Of a stretch of 64,000 nucleotides of DNA, positions 43,375 through 56,759 are shown one piece after another (position 1 is the first letter of the stretch; the number at the start of each line of letters is the position of its first letter). The notes beneath the pieces are model-generated. The model was not told where the DNA came from. It saw only the letters and a list, made by a program, of their open reading frames with translations, and ran no database searches. This stretch comes from the human T2T-CHM13v2.0 reference genome, Homo sapiens, in NCBI RefSeq assembly GCF_009914755.1, contig NC_060937.1; one strand, written 5' to 3'. The position numbers and the translations under genes are program-made.

Positions 43375-43415
43375 CTCGGGCTGATTTCTTATTCTCCGCC
43401 TTTGAAAAAAAAAAG

Positions 43416-43833
43416 CTGGTCTGTAGTTTTCTGTTTGGGTTATGTCCTTTCTTGATTTTGGTATTAGGGTGAGGCTGGCTTCATAGAATGATTTAGGAAG
43501 GATTCCTTCTTTCTCTATCCTGTGCATAGTGTCAAGAGGATCGCTACCAATTCTTTTTTGAATGTCTGATAGAATTCAGCTGTGAATCCATCTGGTCTTG
43601 GACTTTTTATTGTGTTGGCAGTTTTTAAATTACCATTTCAATCTTGCTGCTTGTCATTGGTCTGTTTAGAGTTTCTATTTCGTCCTAATTTAATCTAGGA
43701 GGGTCGTATATTTCCAGGAATTTATCCATCTCCTCTAGATTTTCTAGTTTATGCAGGTAAAGGTGTGCATGGAAGCCTTGAATGATCTTTTGTATTTTTG
43801 TCATATTGGTTGTAATAGCTCCTGTTTCATTTC
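43416..43833 (-). mobile_element. L1PB ORF2 fragment (start of RT domain)
   Basis: Translation [34 protein letters not shown] matches L1 ORF2p. Confidence 0.92.
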
Positions 43834-44487
43834 ATCAATATACAGATGCTACTCCAGACATACTGAATGTGTTTACTTAATAGTCTTAATGTATCTTCAT
43901 ATATTTTAATTATTGGCTTGTTATTTTTGTAGTATGTTATGTTTTGGAATTGTCATATATCTGAAGTTTTTTCTGTAAATATTATGTTCATCTCTTTTCA
44001 TAAATTAGATACATTTGATCTTTGTTGAAAACAAAATTAATAATTAAATATATTAGACAATTTCTCTAAAACATTTGGGATTTACTTTGTTTTGTTTTGC
44101 ATTCCACAGAAACAACCTTGCCACTTACATTATTTTTATAATAACTTTTATATGACATTTTAGTTTCAAAAATTATTCGCAAGATTGCCAGAACCATTTT
44201 AAGCCTTTTATCATCTACATGTAGTTTTTAACTCTCCTGCCTGCCTGAAAGCACTTTTGAATCAACTACAGGTCAGATTTGTCAAAAAAAAAAAAAGATT
44301 TTCTTACAGACTCATAAAAATAACTGTCAGCCAGGTATTTTTGAGCAAGGTCTCTGATAGAATAATTTAAATAACATTTAGACCATCTCAGTGGACTGAA
44401 TCAGGATATGAAGAATTCCAGTAAACCAAAAAGCAGATGGGATAATGAGATGCTATCCCAAGATTGAGCAGAACAAAAAATTAATCA

Positions 44488-45094
44488 CAACACTCCCCAT
44501 TCATCGGTGGTTTCCTTTTCCTCCATTTCAGTTACCTGAGGTCAACTGTGGTCTTTTCCTTTTCCTCCATTTCAGTTACCTGAGGTCAACTGTGGTCTGA
44601 AAATATTAAATGAAAAATTCCAGAAATGAACAATTCATAAGTTTTGAATTGCACACCATTCTGAGTAGTGTGATAAGATATTGTACTGTCCCACTCTGTC
44701 CTTCCCAGGACATGAATTGTCCTTTTGTCCACAGTCTCCATGTTGTATATGTTAAACATTCATGAGTCACTAAATAGCATCTTTGGTCTGGATTATCATA
44801 TCCCTTATCATATCAACTGCCCTGGTAGATCAGTGCTTATGTTCAAGTAATCCATGTTTTACTTCATAATGGCCCCAAAGCATAAGAGTAGTATTGCTAA
44901 CATATTGCTATAGTTGTTATACTTGTTCTGTTTTTAGTTGTTGTTGTTGATCTCTTACTCTGCCTAATTCTTAAATTAAACTTTATCATGGTATGTATAG
45001 GAAAAATGTAATACAGTGTTAAGTGCTATCCATGGTTTCATGTATCTCCTGGGGGCCTTGAAATGTATGCCCTGTGGATAAGGTTGGACTATTA
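44488..45094 (+). mobile_element. MER44 (Tigger7-derived) DNA transposon
   Basis: ttcagttacctgaggtcaactgtggtctgaaaatattaaatgaaaaattccagaaat; end ccctgtggataaggttggactat; degenerate TIRs. Confidence 0.85.
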
Positions 45095-46779
45095 TACATA
45101 AGACTGAATAAACTTACGTATAATTTTGAGATAAAAAAGGATAATTATGGTTTTGTTTGAAGCAAAATGGTTGCCTTGATGTTCTATTTTCTGGACTTAA
45201 GAAACCTTTCTTTTCCTTTAAGCTATTTACAACCCATAAAACTTAGTTGACTATACTTTTGTAAACAGGATTAAAATATTTATCTTTTCTCTTTGGCTGG
45301 CTCCTCTTTGAAATCTATTATTATTACTTTTCATGGCAATATAATTATTGCATAGATTCCATAAGAGTCTGCCCTACTTATTAAAGAAATACATTGGTCA
45401 TGCAACCGAGGTTTTGACTGAGATGTCATATTTAAGAATATTGCTCATTTAATCAAATATGACAAGACACTTTTTAGGAGGTAAGATTAACTTAATGGAA
45501 CCAATGCTTACAAAGCCCTCTTGAGAAAATTGTCTTGTTGACTGGGTTGTAAGATTTCCAGTCTTTCAAATGAGTGGGAAGGTTCACTTCTGTCAGACCC
45601 AGGAATCTTAGCATATTTTGGATACAAAGAGAAAAGTGAAATCCACTCAAATCTGTAAGTACTACACATAAAATTGTATGGTAAGCTCTTAGCTCGGCCT
45701 CATAGCTTTGAGAGGCTTTTAAGTCTAGTCTGATACATTTTATATAAACTTCTAGCAAAAGCAGGTTAAGCAAGGTTTTAAGGTAAATTATCATTGTTGT
45801 AGCACGTATATAAAGAATCAGGCCAAACCTAACAAGGCTAGTCTTACTTTGTTATCAAGAATAATGGATCCTTGAAATTATCTATAATCAAAGGGAGAGT
45901 GACTGTAAAATAAACATTTTGTTTATCAGAAAATTATAAGACATACTTTTGGTTTACATTTCCTCTCTCAAACAGCTTTGTCCCTTACTATGAACTGGAC
46001 TGTGTCCTGTCACGTAACACAAATTGTCAACCATTACCAAATGTTCAATCCTTCCATTTTCTTTCATCATCTGTTAAAATCTGCCAAACCAATTTGTCCA
46101 ATTTTTTTCTCTCTCTCCTGACTTGGTGTCACCAAGAACTAAAACTTGACTGTCCAACACCTTTTTGGATCTAAAAAGTACTGCAAGCTAAAATCCAATG
46201 ATTTGATGTATACTTTGAAGGACTCATCATTGTTGCAGTTCTATCATGAACAACTTTATGTGCCTTGTGCCACTGACACGTGGGCAACTCGAGAAATTCA
46301 TTGAATCTGCTATAATTTGCTAAGAGAATAACCAGGACTATGTGGCAATCCTACCAAAACTGCTAACATCATCACCAGAGAACTATAAAATGGAGTGCTG
46401 TTTCAAAATATGTGGCAGTGGACATAATTTGTGCTTTCTAGCAGGACATTTGCACAGTGGTCAGAGCAATTACTATATGTATTTTTTTTCACAATCTCTC
46501 TGATGTCTATGCCATCACCAAAAATATTCAGACCACAACTTTGAAAATTTGATGAATTGCCAGTCCTCCTTACTCCACAACCTAAGGATTCTTCAGTCCT
46601 GAAATATTCTCATCTTCCCACAAACTTCCCTTCAAAACTTACATATTGGATTTATTCACTTATTTAGCCTTTAATAATTATTATTTTTATTATATTCTTG
46701 GCATATCTTTAGTGTCTAATATATAAGGCCTTCCAACAACTGCCAGTCTCACAAATGCTCCAGAGATGAGACAGCCCAT

Positions 46780-47360
46780 CCTGCAAGGACAAAAAACTCA
46801 TAAAGGCCAGTCTATCTCTGAAAACGGCTTTGACTAATGTTGGCCTCACAGTGACTCCTGTTCTATTCCGGTCAGAGCCTAAAGGGCACATTTTTTGTCT
46901 AACAACAGGAGGTGCTGACCAAGTGCTCACAACATGCTGTAACTTACCCAGTGTCTTGGCTTGCCCAAACTTTAGTCACGCTTCCCATCTCCCCGCTCTG
47001 GCCCCTAAAATTTGACTCAATCCAGAGTTAAGCAAACACTAATGTGCAGAACATCCCCCCTTAACAACTCATTCTCAGAGTCAGCTGACAGCAGAGAACA
47101 TTTTCTATTGGACTGTTCCATTGATGCTGCATATTCACTCCCATACCTGCACTTCACCCCTACATGAGAAGGATTTGCAGGAATTTCCCCACAAAGTTCC
47201 TGTATACCCTGTTTAAACCTCCCTATATAAGAAAGCTCTTTTTCTGTGTGATTTTGAGAAGCTTGTTACAGACACTGAGGTCAGAGTGCTTTCTCTATTG
47301 TAGTAGTCTTTTCAAATAAAATCTCTTTCCTTAAGTCTGGATTTGTTTTTAAATTGAGAG
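46780..47360 (+). mobile_element. MER110/MER89-90-like ERV1 LTR
   Basis: ccctatataagaaagc TATA; aataaaatctctttccttaagtctggatttgtttt typical 3' end; boundaries approximate. Confidence 0.6.
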
Positions 47361-48522
47361 TTGGAAATAAGTTTCTATGTATGCTTTGTGATTACAGCAT
47401 GTGAGCTCATTAACCAGGGCTTTATGTTCTCCATTCATAGGTAAGACAGGCTTTGCTCAGCTCCTTGATTTATGGGATTTATCAGTTTTAGCTATAGCCA
47501 TGCATCAGTGTTAAGGCCTTGACTCTGATCTTCATACTAGTTTAAAAATCCAAGCCTCTAAGCACATTTCCAATCAAAATATACCCTGGGGATAATGCAA
47601 CTTTGATTTCAGTCTACCACTGTGGTTTTGAGTTCTTTTTTGTTAATTGGCACCTGGGCATCCCTCTTTTATATTTTTAAGCTCATATACATTAAAATTG
47701 CCTTTGTATTCAATATTTCATATGTTTGAAGTAGAAAGGCATTATAAAACATCAGTTAAATACATCATAGTAAAAGAAATTACTCATCGGAAAGTTTGTA
47801 GAATAATTTATTAAACATTATTTTATGTATTTTAAAATAGTTGAGCTCTATGCTTTGGAATAGGAAAAATACATAGTTTACATTGCATTGCTACGTAAAG
47901 CAGTAAATTATTATATTCTTGCATATCTTTTGTCTAGTGCCTGATATATAAGACCTTCCAACAACTGCCAGTCTCACAAATGCTCCAGAGATGAGACAGC
48001 CCATCCTTCGAGGCCATACTATTCATAAGATAATTTCCTTTTGTTAAAACATGTTTATGGCATAATGGTATTTACATAGATATAAATGATAATTCTTAGA
48101 AGGATATATTTAATATTAATAATAGTTAGCTTTAGGAAGTAGGATTGGAATAAGATTATAAGCTCTTCTCAGAAATCCTTGATTGATGGCCTTTTATATT
48201 GTTTAAATTTGCGCTTCATTTTTCCTTTTCTCTTACAATGTATCAGTGAGCAATTTTTGTGAGCACTTCTAAAAGATAAATTCATAGATAATAGTGCTTA
48301 AAGCATGAATGGTAGAAGTCTTTCAGGAAATTATATTATGTGTGTTCTTTATAGGACTTTAGAAAATATTACTAAATTGTTTAATAGCATTAAATATGCA
48401 CCCATTTTGTGATTAAATATAATTTAGTTTAAATTTATTTTTTATTCTTGGGTAAGAAAACTAAGTGACAAAAGATTCTTAAACAGACCATGTGATTTTC
48501 ATTCCGTAGAAGGGAGAAAACT

Positions 48523-48960
<438 letters not shown>

Positions 48961-50051
48961 CTAAAATTTCATCAATTGTGAAACATTGATTATCTCACAA
49001 AACTCTCTGGCTAATAAAGGAATAAGAAATAATCAACAGAAATGCATAATTCCCTAGATCTTGTAAGTGGACCACCAATCTTCACTGGTCAAGTCACACC
49101 ATGCAGTATGAATGCTTCAGAATGCTTCAGAGAATGAGAGGCATGCAGGAACAGGGAGCTTCTCTGTCTACCTTTTACCTACTTAAGAGCGGTGTTTATC
49201 AGTGGCACCAAAGGGTCAACATATACATTTATACTGCTGTTGTAATTATTAAATGAGTTATCTAACATAGTTTAACAGCTGGAAATATACTTCATTTTCT
49301 CCCGGGGTATTAGCCCTATCTAGGATTGGGCTGTGAAATTTCATAAACTAGTAATATCTGAATTGAAGTTTCAGGGATGAGTCAAATATTGTCGGATGAA
49401 CTTTAAACAACTTCAATGGACAGAAAGAAAGTTGTGCAGATGGAATTATGTGTGAGATGATATGGAAACTTCGGGAACACTTAAGATACACAAAATTCCC
49501 TGAAGAGGGCTGAGGAGGGTTTAGCTTGGAATTTCAGGAGATGAGGATGATAAGCAAACATTGCCCAAAAGGTAATCAACCTGTCATGACATGCTAAGAA
49601 TTTTTATACTTCACTCTCAATGGCACTTAGTTACATATATAAAAAATGCGTAGAAAATGAGTAGTAGATACTCTCAAAGTTTGTTACACATTGGTCTAGA
49701 AATCAGGAAACTATTGATTAAATAATGCTTGTAAATTGAAATAAGTACATATGTGATAGATTTATTCATATGTTAAACTAAGCTTTAAGTAAAATGACCA
49801 CTGTAAAATTTATAATTTAAAACATAAATGAAAATATATTTAATAATAAGTAAATATAACAGGAACTATTTAAGAATATTAAATAGAAAAATAAAAAATA
49901 ATACAACCATTTTGCAACATTCACTATGTTTACTAAAAACCAAGAATGGGCATAGAAATTTTGGTTAATGTTCTAAATATTTTTAAACACTTTCATGCTT
50001 CTTAGCACTACCTTTGTTTCGCTTTAGTGAAAATCTGTATTTGAAGAACAC

Positions 50052-50418
50052 TGATATTGTTTGGCTCTGTCTCCCCACCCAAATCTCATCTGGAATTGTA
50101 ATCTCCACATGTCTAATGAGGGATCTGGTGGGAGGTGATTGGATCATGAAGGCGGTATTCTCCATGCTGTTCTCATGACAGTGAGGGAGTTCTCATGAGA
50201 TCTGATGGTTTTAAAAGTGTCAGTTTCCTTTGAACACTTTCTCTCCCCTACTGTCTTGTGAAGAAGGTACCTCCTTCCCCTTCACCTTCCACCATGCTTG
50301 TAAGTTTCCTGAGGCCTACCGAGCAATGTAGAACCGTGAGTCAATTAAACCTCTTTTCTTTTTAAATTACCCAGTCTCCAGTAGTATCTTTATATAAGTG
50401 TGAAAATGGACTAATATA
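50052..50418 (+). mobile_element. THE1D-type MaLR solo LTR
   Basis: tgatattgtttggctctgtctccccacccaaatctcatc...gtgagtcaattaaacctctttt...ggactaatata; 5-bp TSD AACAC (50047-50051 / 50419-50423). Confidence 0.92.
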
Positions 50419-51590
50419 AACACAGATGGTAGTTTTGGTGTTACTTCATTACAGAGATGCAGCATTTTCCCAATTTTGTGAATATAAGGTCCTTTGTAAA
50501 TGATCCACGAGTTTTTGGTTTTAATTTTACACAGTTTTAAAATAAGATAGTGAATCAGGATGTTTTTAAATAGGACTGTGAAACATATTTTACGATGAAC
50601 GATATTGAGGAAATGGCCTGACTTTTCTAGGTCTGAGTTTCTTTATTTCTAAGCAACTGAGGGAAGTGGAAATGCATGATATCTAATATCCCTTACAACA
50701 AGAAATAATGATGCTTTATTTTCACCAAAAATATTCAGTATGAATGTGTGCATACATTTAAACACATAACCAGGTGACTATGACATGGTGGGGCAGGAAA
50801 ATTCGGTAGGCTGAATAAGAATGTGTGATCCAAGGAGGTGGTCATGCAGATTATCTCAAAAAGATATCTTTAAATCACACTCAGAAGAAAAATAGGAAGT
50901 TGTGTATTTATTGAAAATATACTGAACCTAGCACATGCAAATACTCCCTTATTTGATAATATAACATCAAGCTAAAACTAAGTCCCAGATAATGAAACCA
51001 AATATGATAAGTTAAAGCAGGAGAAGATAATGCCATGAATTAGTTGGAAGACAGGATAGATATCTTACCTAGTGTAAGTCCTATTTGCTATGGCTAGTTT
51101 TTAATACAGTTCCTATAGAGAGCAGGAGGTATGAGTTACCTTGGACCCAAATGAGTTCAGAAACTAAAACCAAAATCACTCCAAAAAAGCTTCATAATCC
51201 AATAATAGTTGTCCTCTAATAAAACTTACACTAGAGAACGATCTGCCTGTGTATTTAAGAAGGTACCAGAAAGTCTGTCCTATGCCTCTATGCTGTGGTA
51301 GAAGAAATGTCTTTTACAAAAAATTTAATCCCTGCATTTGTTCTATGTACAGGTGAGAAATCCAAGTTAACACTGTACAAATGATATGAATTTTGGGAGG
51401 AAGAATTAAAAGGAAAAATTCTAGTTTATTAACATTTTGTTGAAAGTCACAAGAAGTACTCTCTTGAGAATAAATTTTATGTCTCTAGCCAATATTTTTA
51501 GTTGACCGAATTGTGTTTATTGTCATATGTTCTTTGTAAGAGGATTTACTGGATTTGGAGTTCTGTATGTAGCTACAGAACAATTCCCAC

Positions 51591-51594
<4 letters not shown>

Positions 51595-51641
<47 letters not shown>
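51595..51641. repeat. (TA)n microsatellite (~23 units)
   Basis: Uninterrupted atatat... tract. Confidence 0.95.
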
Positions 51642-51644
<3 letters not shown>

Positions 51645-52799
51645 TGCCTTTTTGTCAGACAGTAAATTGCTTAGAAATGGAAAACTCAGTTACCTCTTTT
51701 TGTCACTCCAGCTGCATTTGAATCCATTATTCTTCATTGAGACAGCTTATTTCCCTGAGTGTTTTAATGCAGTTCCAGAACTTATAACAATAGCACATAA
51801 CATTTAGTACAATAGAATGATTATCTCTTCTACTTTCTTCTTCAGTCTCATTCAATAAATTGAAATCTTTTAGAAAAATGTATTCGGTCTGATAGGAAGG
51901 CATTTCAGTAGGCATATTACTAATTTCTAGTATGTATTCCAATAAACCTTTCCTTATTTTCCAGATGTGGTTTTTATGCTGCATTACTACTCACAGTAAA
52001 CAATAGACTAGTAAAACAGACAGTACAGGTTTAATGATGAATTAAACTTCATTGCATTGACATTCTCTAAGCCAGTAATCTCTATATAATTGATTTTCTT
52101 CCAGAGGTCAATGTGAAACAGCAGCTTGAAAGTTACATCCCCAAGTAAATTGTAATTGTTGACCCCTGCCGCAACTTTCTTTATATCATTAGCTGAGGCA
52201 TTAAACGTGTATGTTTCTTCACCTGTATTACACAATAAAAATAATGATTTTCTACCAGAAGATTATGAGTAAAATCATTGACACAATGTTTAAAACATTA
52301 TAAAATACTAATTCATACTCTTCAAAGGCAGATACAATTAACATGACTATATAATGATCATTATGAGTATATTCTCTCTCAGTGTATGTATGTATATATT
52401 AGTTATATTACAGATTATAATTATTTAGAAGGTAACCCTTCTAAAATGTCAGTGACTTAACTAGCTTTAGATAAATGTAAGAATGAAACTTTAGGATTAA
52501 TAAATAGGCAATATATTACAGTATTTGAAATAACATTTCATTTTCTTTCACTCTTAGGGTTTATATTTACTCTGTAGTTTCTCTGTCTTTACCCAAATTA
52601 TGGTGATTTACAATGCCAACTTCTGTTTGGAGTGTGTGTGATTTATAATTTTTTGACTATTTTGAGATTTTAAACTGAGAGCATGTTTTTACTACTTATA
52701 TCAGTATTATTTTCATGATATATTTGTGTAATCCTGAAGTAGAGTGACATCTTTGGAACAATCACTTCATAAATTTGATCAATTTGAAAGTCCAAACCT

Positions 52800-54660
52800 G
52801 CAGCATGTGTTAGGATTGCCTTCTTTTGTAATAATCTGAATAATATTTTCTTATAAATATATACCACATTTTGCTTATCTATTCATTCGTAGTCAAATGT
52901 TTGGATTGCTTCCACCTTTGACAATTGCACATAATTCTGCTTTGAAGATTGTTGTACAAGTATCTCTTCAAGTACCCGTTTTCAGTAATTTTGGTTATAT
53001 ACCCCAAAGAATTGCTAGGTCATATTGTAGTTTTAACTTTTGAGGAACTACCATAGATAATTCAGTGTTTCACATTCCCAGCAACTGTGCATAATGGGTT
53101 ACAATTTCTTCACATCCTCACCAATACTTGTTATTTTCTGGTTTGTTTTTGTTTTTGTTTTTTCAGTAGACACCCTCATAGGTTTTAGTTGATATCTCAT
53201 TGTGGTTATTACTTGCATTGTCCTAATGATTAGGGGTATCAAACATCTTTTCATACACTTAATATTTTCATATTTCTTTTGATAAAACATCTATTCAAGT
53301 CCTTTGTTCATTTTCCAATTAGTTTATTGTGTGTTTTTGTTGTTGCAGAAGTTTTTTTTTTTAATATTCTGGATAGTAACCTCTTATTAGATAAATAATT
53401 TGCAAATATTCCCTCTCATTTTGTGGGTGGTCTTTCACTCTATTAATTGAGTCCCTAATACACAAAAGTTATTTTGAAGTAATCCAATTTATCAATTTTA
53501 GTAGGTTTTATCTCAATGAATTTTTTATTTTACTTAAGTTGTCAATGTTTTGGCATATTATGTTTCTTGTATTCCTTAATTACCCTTTAGTGTTGTTATA
53601 ATAAATTTCCATTTGTCTTTTTTTCTATATTAGTCTGACTAGAGGTTTATCAACTTTACTGATGTTCTCAAACAAGTTTTTATTTTGAGGATTTTTCTCT
53701 GTTAATTTTCTGTTTTTCTATTTCATTAATTACTTGTTTGATTTCTGCCATTTTCTTATTTCTTCTTGTGTTTTTCTAAATTCTTAAAGGAGAAGCTGAG
53801 TTCATTGAGTGTACATAATTTTGTTTTCTAATGTTTAGTGTTATAAATATCTCCCTGAGTACTGCTTTACAGATATCTTGTAGATTTTGGTATGTTGTAT
53901 TTCATTTTTGTTTGTTCAGAATATGTACTTTTTAATTTTATTTTTGATTTCTTCTTTGACATATGTTCTGTTTAGAAGCATTTTTTTCAATTTCTATATA
54001 TTAGGGAATTTTCCTGATATCTTTCTGTTGTTTTTTTCTAATTAAATCCCACTGTGATCAGAGAATGTACTATGTAGACTTTTATCTCTTTAACTATGTT
54101 AAGACTTTTATAATGGGCCAAGGATATATTACAGGGAGAGGATACTGACATATCTGACTGTGATTGTGGATTCTTTTATTTCTTCATATGATTTTATCAG
54201 TTTGTTTCATATATTTGAAGCTATGTTATTAAGTGAATAAATATTTTGGATTTGTAGATCCTCTTGCCAAATTGACCCCCTTTATAAGTGGATGTTGATT
54301 TTTTTACCCAATCTGGTAATAATCAGGATGCCTTCCAATAATGTCTTCTAATCAGGATGTTTCCAACATTTTAATTTAATGTCATTATTGATATATTAAA
54401 ATATATCTACGGCCTTACTGGTTGTTTCTCTTGTGATTTCACTGGTTGGTCCATTGTTTTTTGTTACTTTTTCCTCATTTTCTGGTTGTACTGTATTATT
54501 TAAATTTTTATGATTCCATTTTACCTACATTATTGGCTTATTATTTGAAAACTTTTTATATCTTTTATTTTGCCCTAGAGTTTACAAAAGGCATCCTGCT
54601 TTTATTACAATCTACCTGTCAATTGTATTATACCATTTCATGTGCAGTATAAAATACCAA
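52800..54660 (-). mobile_element. Old L1M (MB/MD) ORF2 fragments
   Basis: ataccacattttgcttatctattcatt, cacatcctcaccaatacttg, gatcagagaatgtac antisense L1 motifs. Confidence 0.75.
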
Positions 54661-55518
54661 GTATTTATTTCTAAAAACTTGTTTTATTGGGAATATTTGT
54701 CATATAAAACAGTTTTTAGTAGTTACAATGAAACCAAATTTAGGATAGGAAAAATATCATCTGAACTATATTGTTATGCTTAAAATTTCCACCAACAGCA
54801 AAGGCTTAAAACTCTAACACTCATTTGTCAAAAGCTACTTACAGCCTATTTGTCAAAGAAGCATCAGTTTCTATGGGAATGAAATGAAGTACTCTCAGCA
54901 ATGGGTTACAGAAGTGTGTTAAATTTCAATGACTGAAACTCAGCACTCCTCTAATAACATAACTAATCACTCAGTAATAAATTCAGCAATAGTTTTTCAA
55001 ACACATTCTTAGAGTGACTAGCTTAATTCTCTGAATAGTGGCTAACTGAAAATGAATATTTATAGACCCGTTTTTGAAATTATTACAGTGTAAATTGTGC
55101 ATCTTTAACCCTGTACAAAATCACCATGTGATAGAATTCACAACTTGGTTGTTCATTTAAGTAAAATACTTTCAATATACCGTTACTATTCAGAAATGTA
55201 TAGAAAGCAATTGAATTCTCTGTGGGAACTTGGATATACAAGGTCTGTTATTTGTCATCACAGTATTGGCTTCCAAGTTTAAGAGCCAAATCCTCTTAGC
55301 TACCAGAATACATACTTAACGATCTCCTGATGTGATCAAATTATCATTGATGTAGTAAATCACTTCCTAGATTCACTTCCACTTGACAATGTATCAATGT
55401 CGGAGGCACAGGATATTTTTTCCCCAGAAATACTTTATTTACCAACATGATGTGATTTTAGTGTATGTTTTATTTAATCTTCGATGAAAAATATTTTTTA
55501 AAATCTCTGCATACACTT

Positions 55519-55938
<420 letters not shown>

Positions 55939-56444
55939 TTATTATTTAACAGTTTTCTTTTTTGTTTTGGTTGAAAACATTTTGAGGAAAAACAAACGTA
56001 AGTATGAAAACAAATAAAAACACAACTTTTAATATATTTCTTCAGAGAGAGTCAACACTTGTAAATTAACATGCTCCCTCCCCATCCCGAGTGCTGACAT
56101 CCTCTGTTAATTTTTACTCAATGTTTTTGGCTCAGTTACAGTGCCTCTTAATTCAGGGCTCAGTTCTGACCACCAAATATGAGAGGACACAATGAAGAAG
56201 CTGGTGGATATTCAAGTGGTGCAAAGACTAAGAAATGCTTAAATGAATGCGAATTATGAAATGTTTAAATTAGTTCTTATAATACCTGCCTTTCATTAGA
56301 AGTGCTTAGTTTGCTAACATTTAATGAAAATATTTACATGGTTGAATTTAGGTCTGCTTTTTTTTTTTCTGACTGCTCTTTTTATTTTATGTTCCTCTCT
56401 GTCCCACTTCTGGCTTTTTAAAATTATTTGGACACTTATAAAAT

Positions 56445-56755
<311 letters not shown>

Positions 56756-56759
56756 CTAA

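Larger units (their letters stand above)
41960..46690 (+). mobile_element. Old MER4-group ERV1 internal remnant, interrupted by L1PB/Alu/SVA and MER44
   Basis: Blocks homologous to the internal region at 22500-23460 (ttaagctatttac, gggttttgactgagatgtcatattt, cccaggaatcttag). Confidence 0.65.

Noticed and set aside
43051-43527. 158-aa minus-strand ORF fusing L1 ORF2, the filler and the SVA hexamer (and overlapping plus-strand ER/GE/GR-repeat ORFs)
   Set aside because: Open only because hexamer repeats lack stops; no promoter or splice support; a by-product of the chimeric junction.
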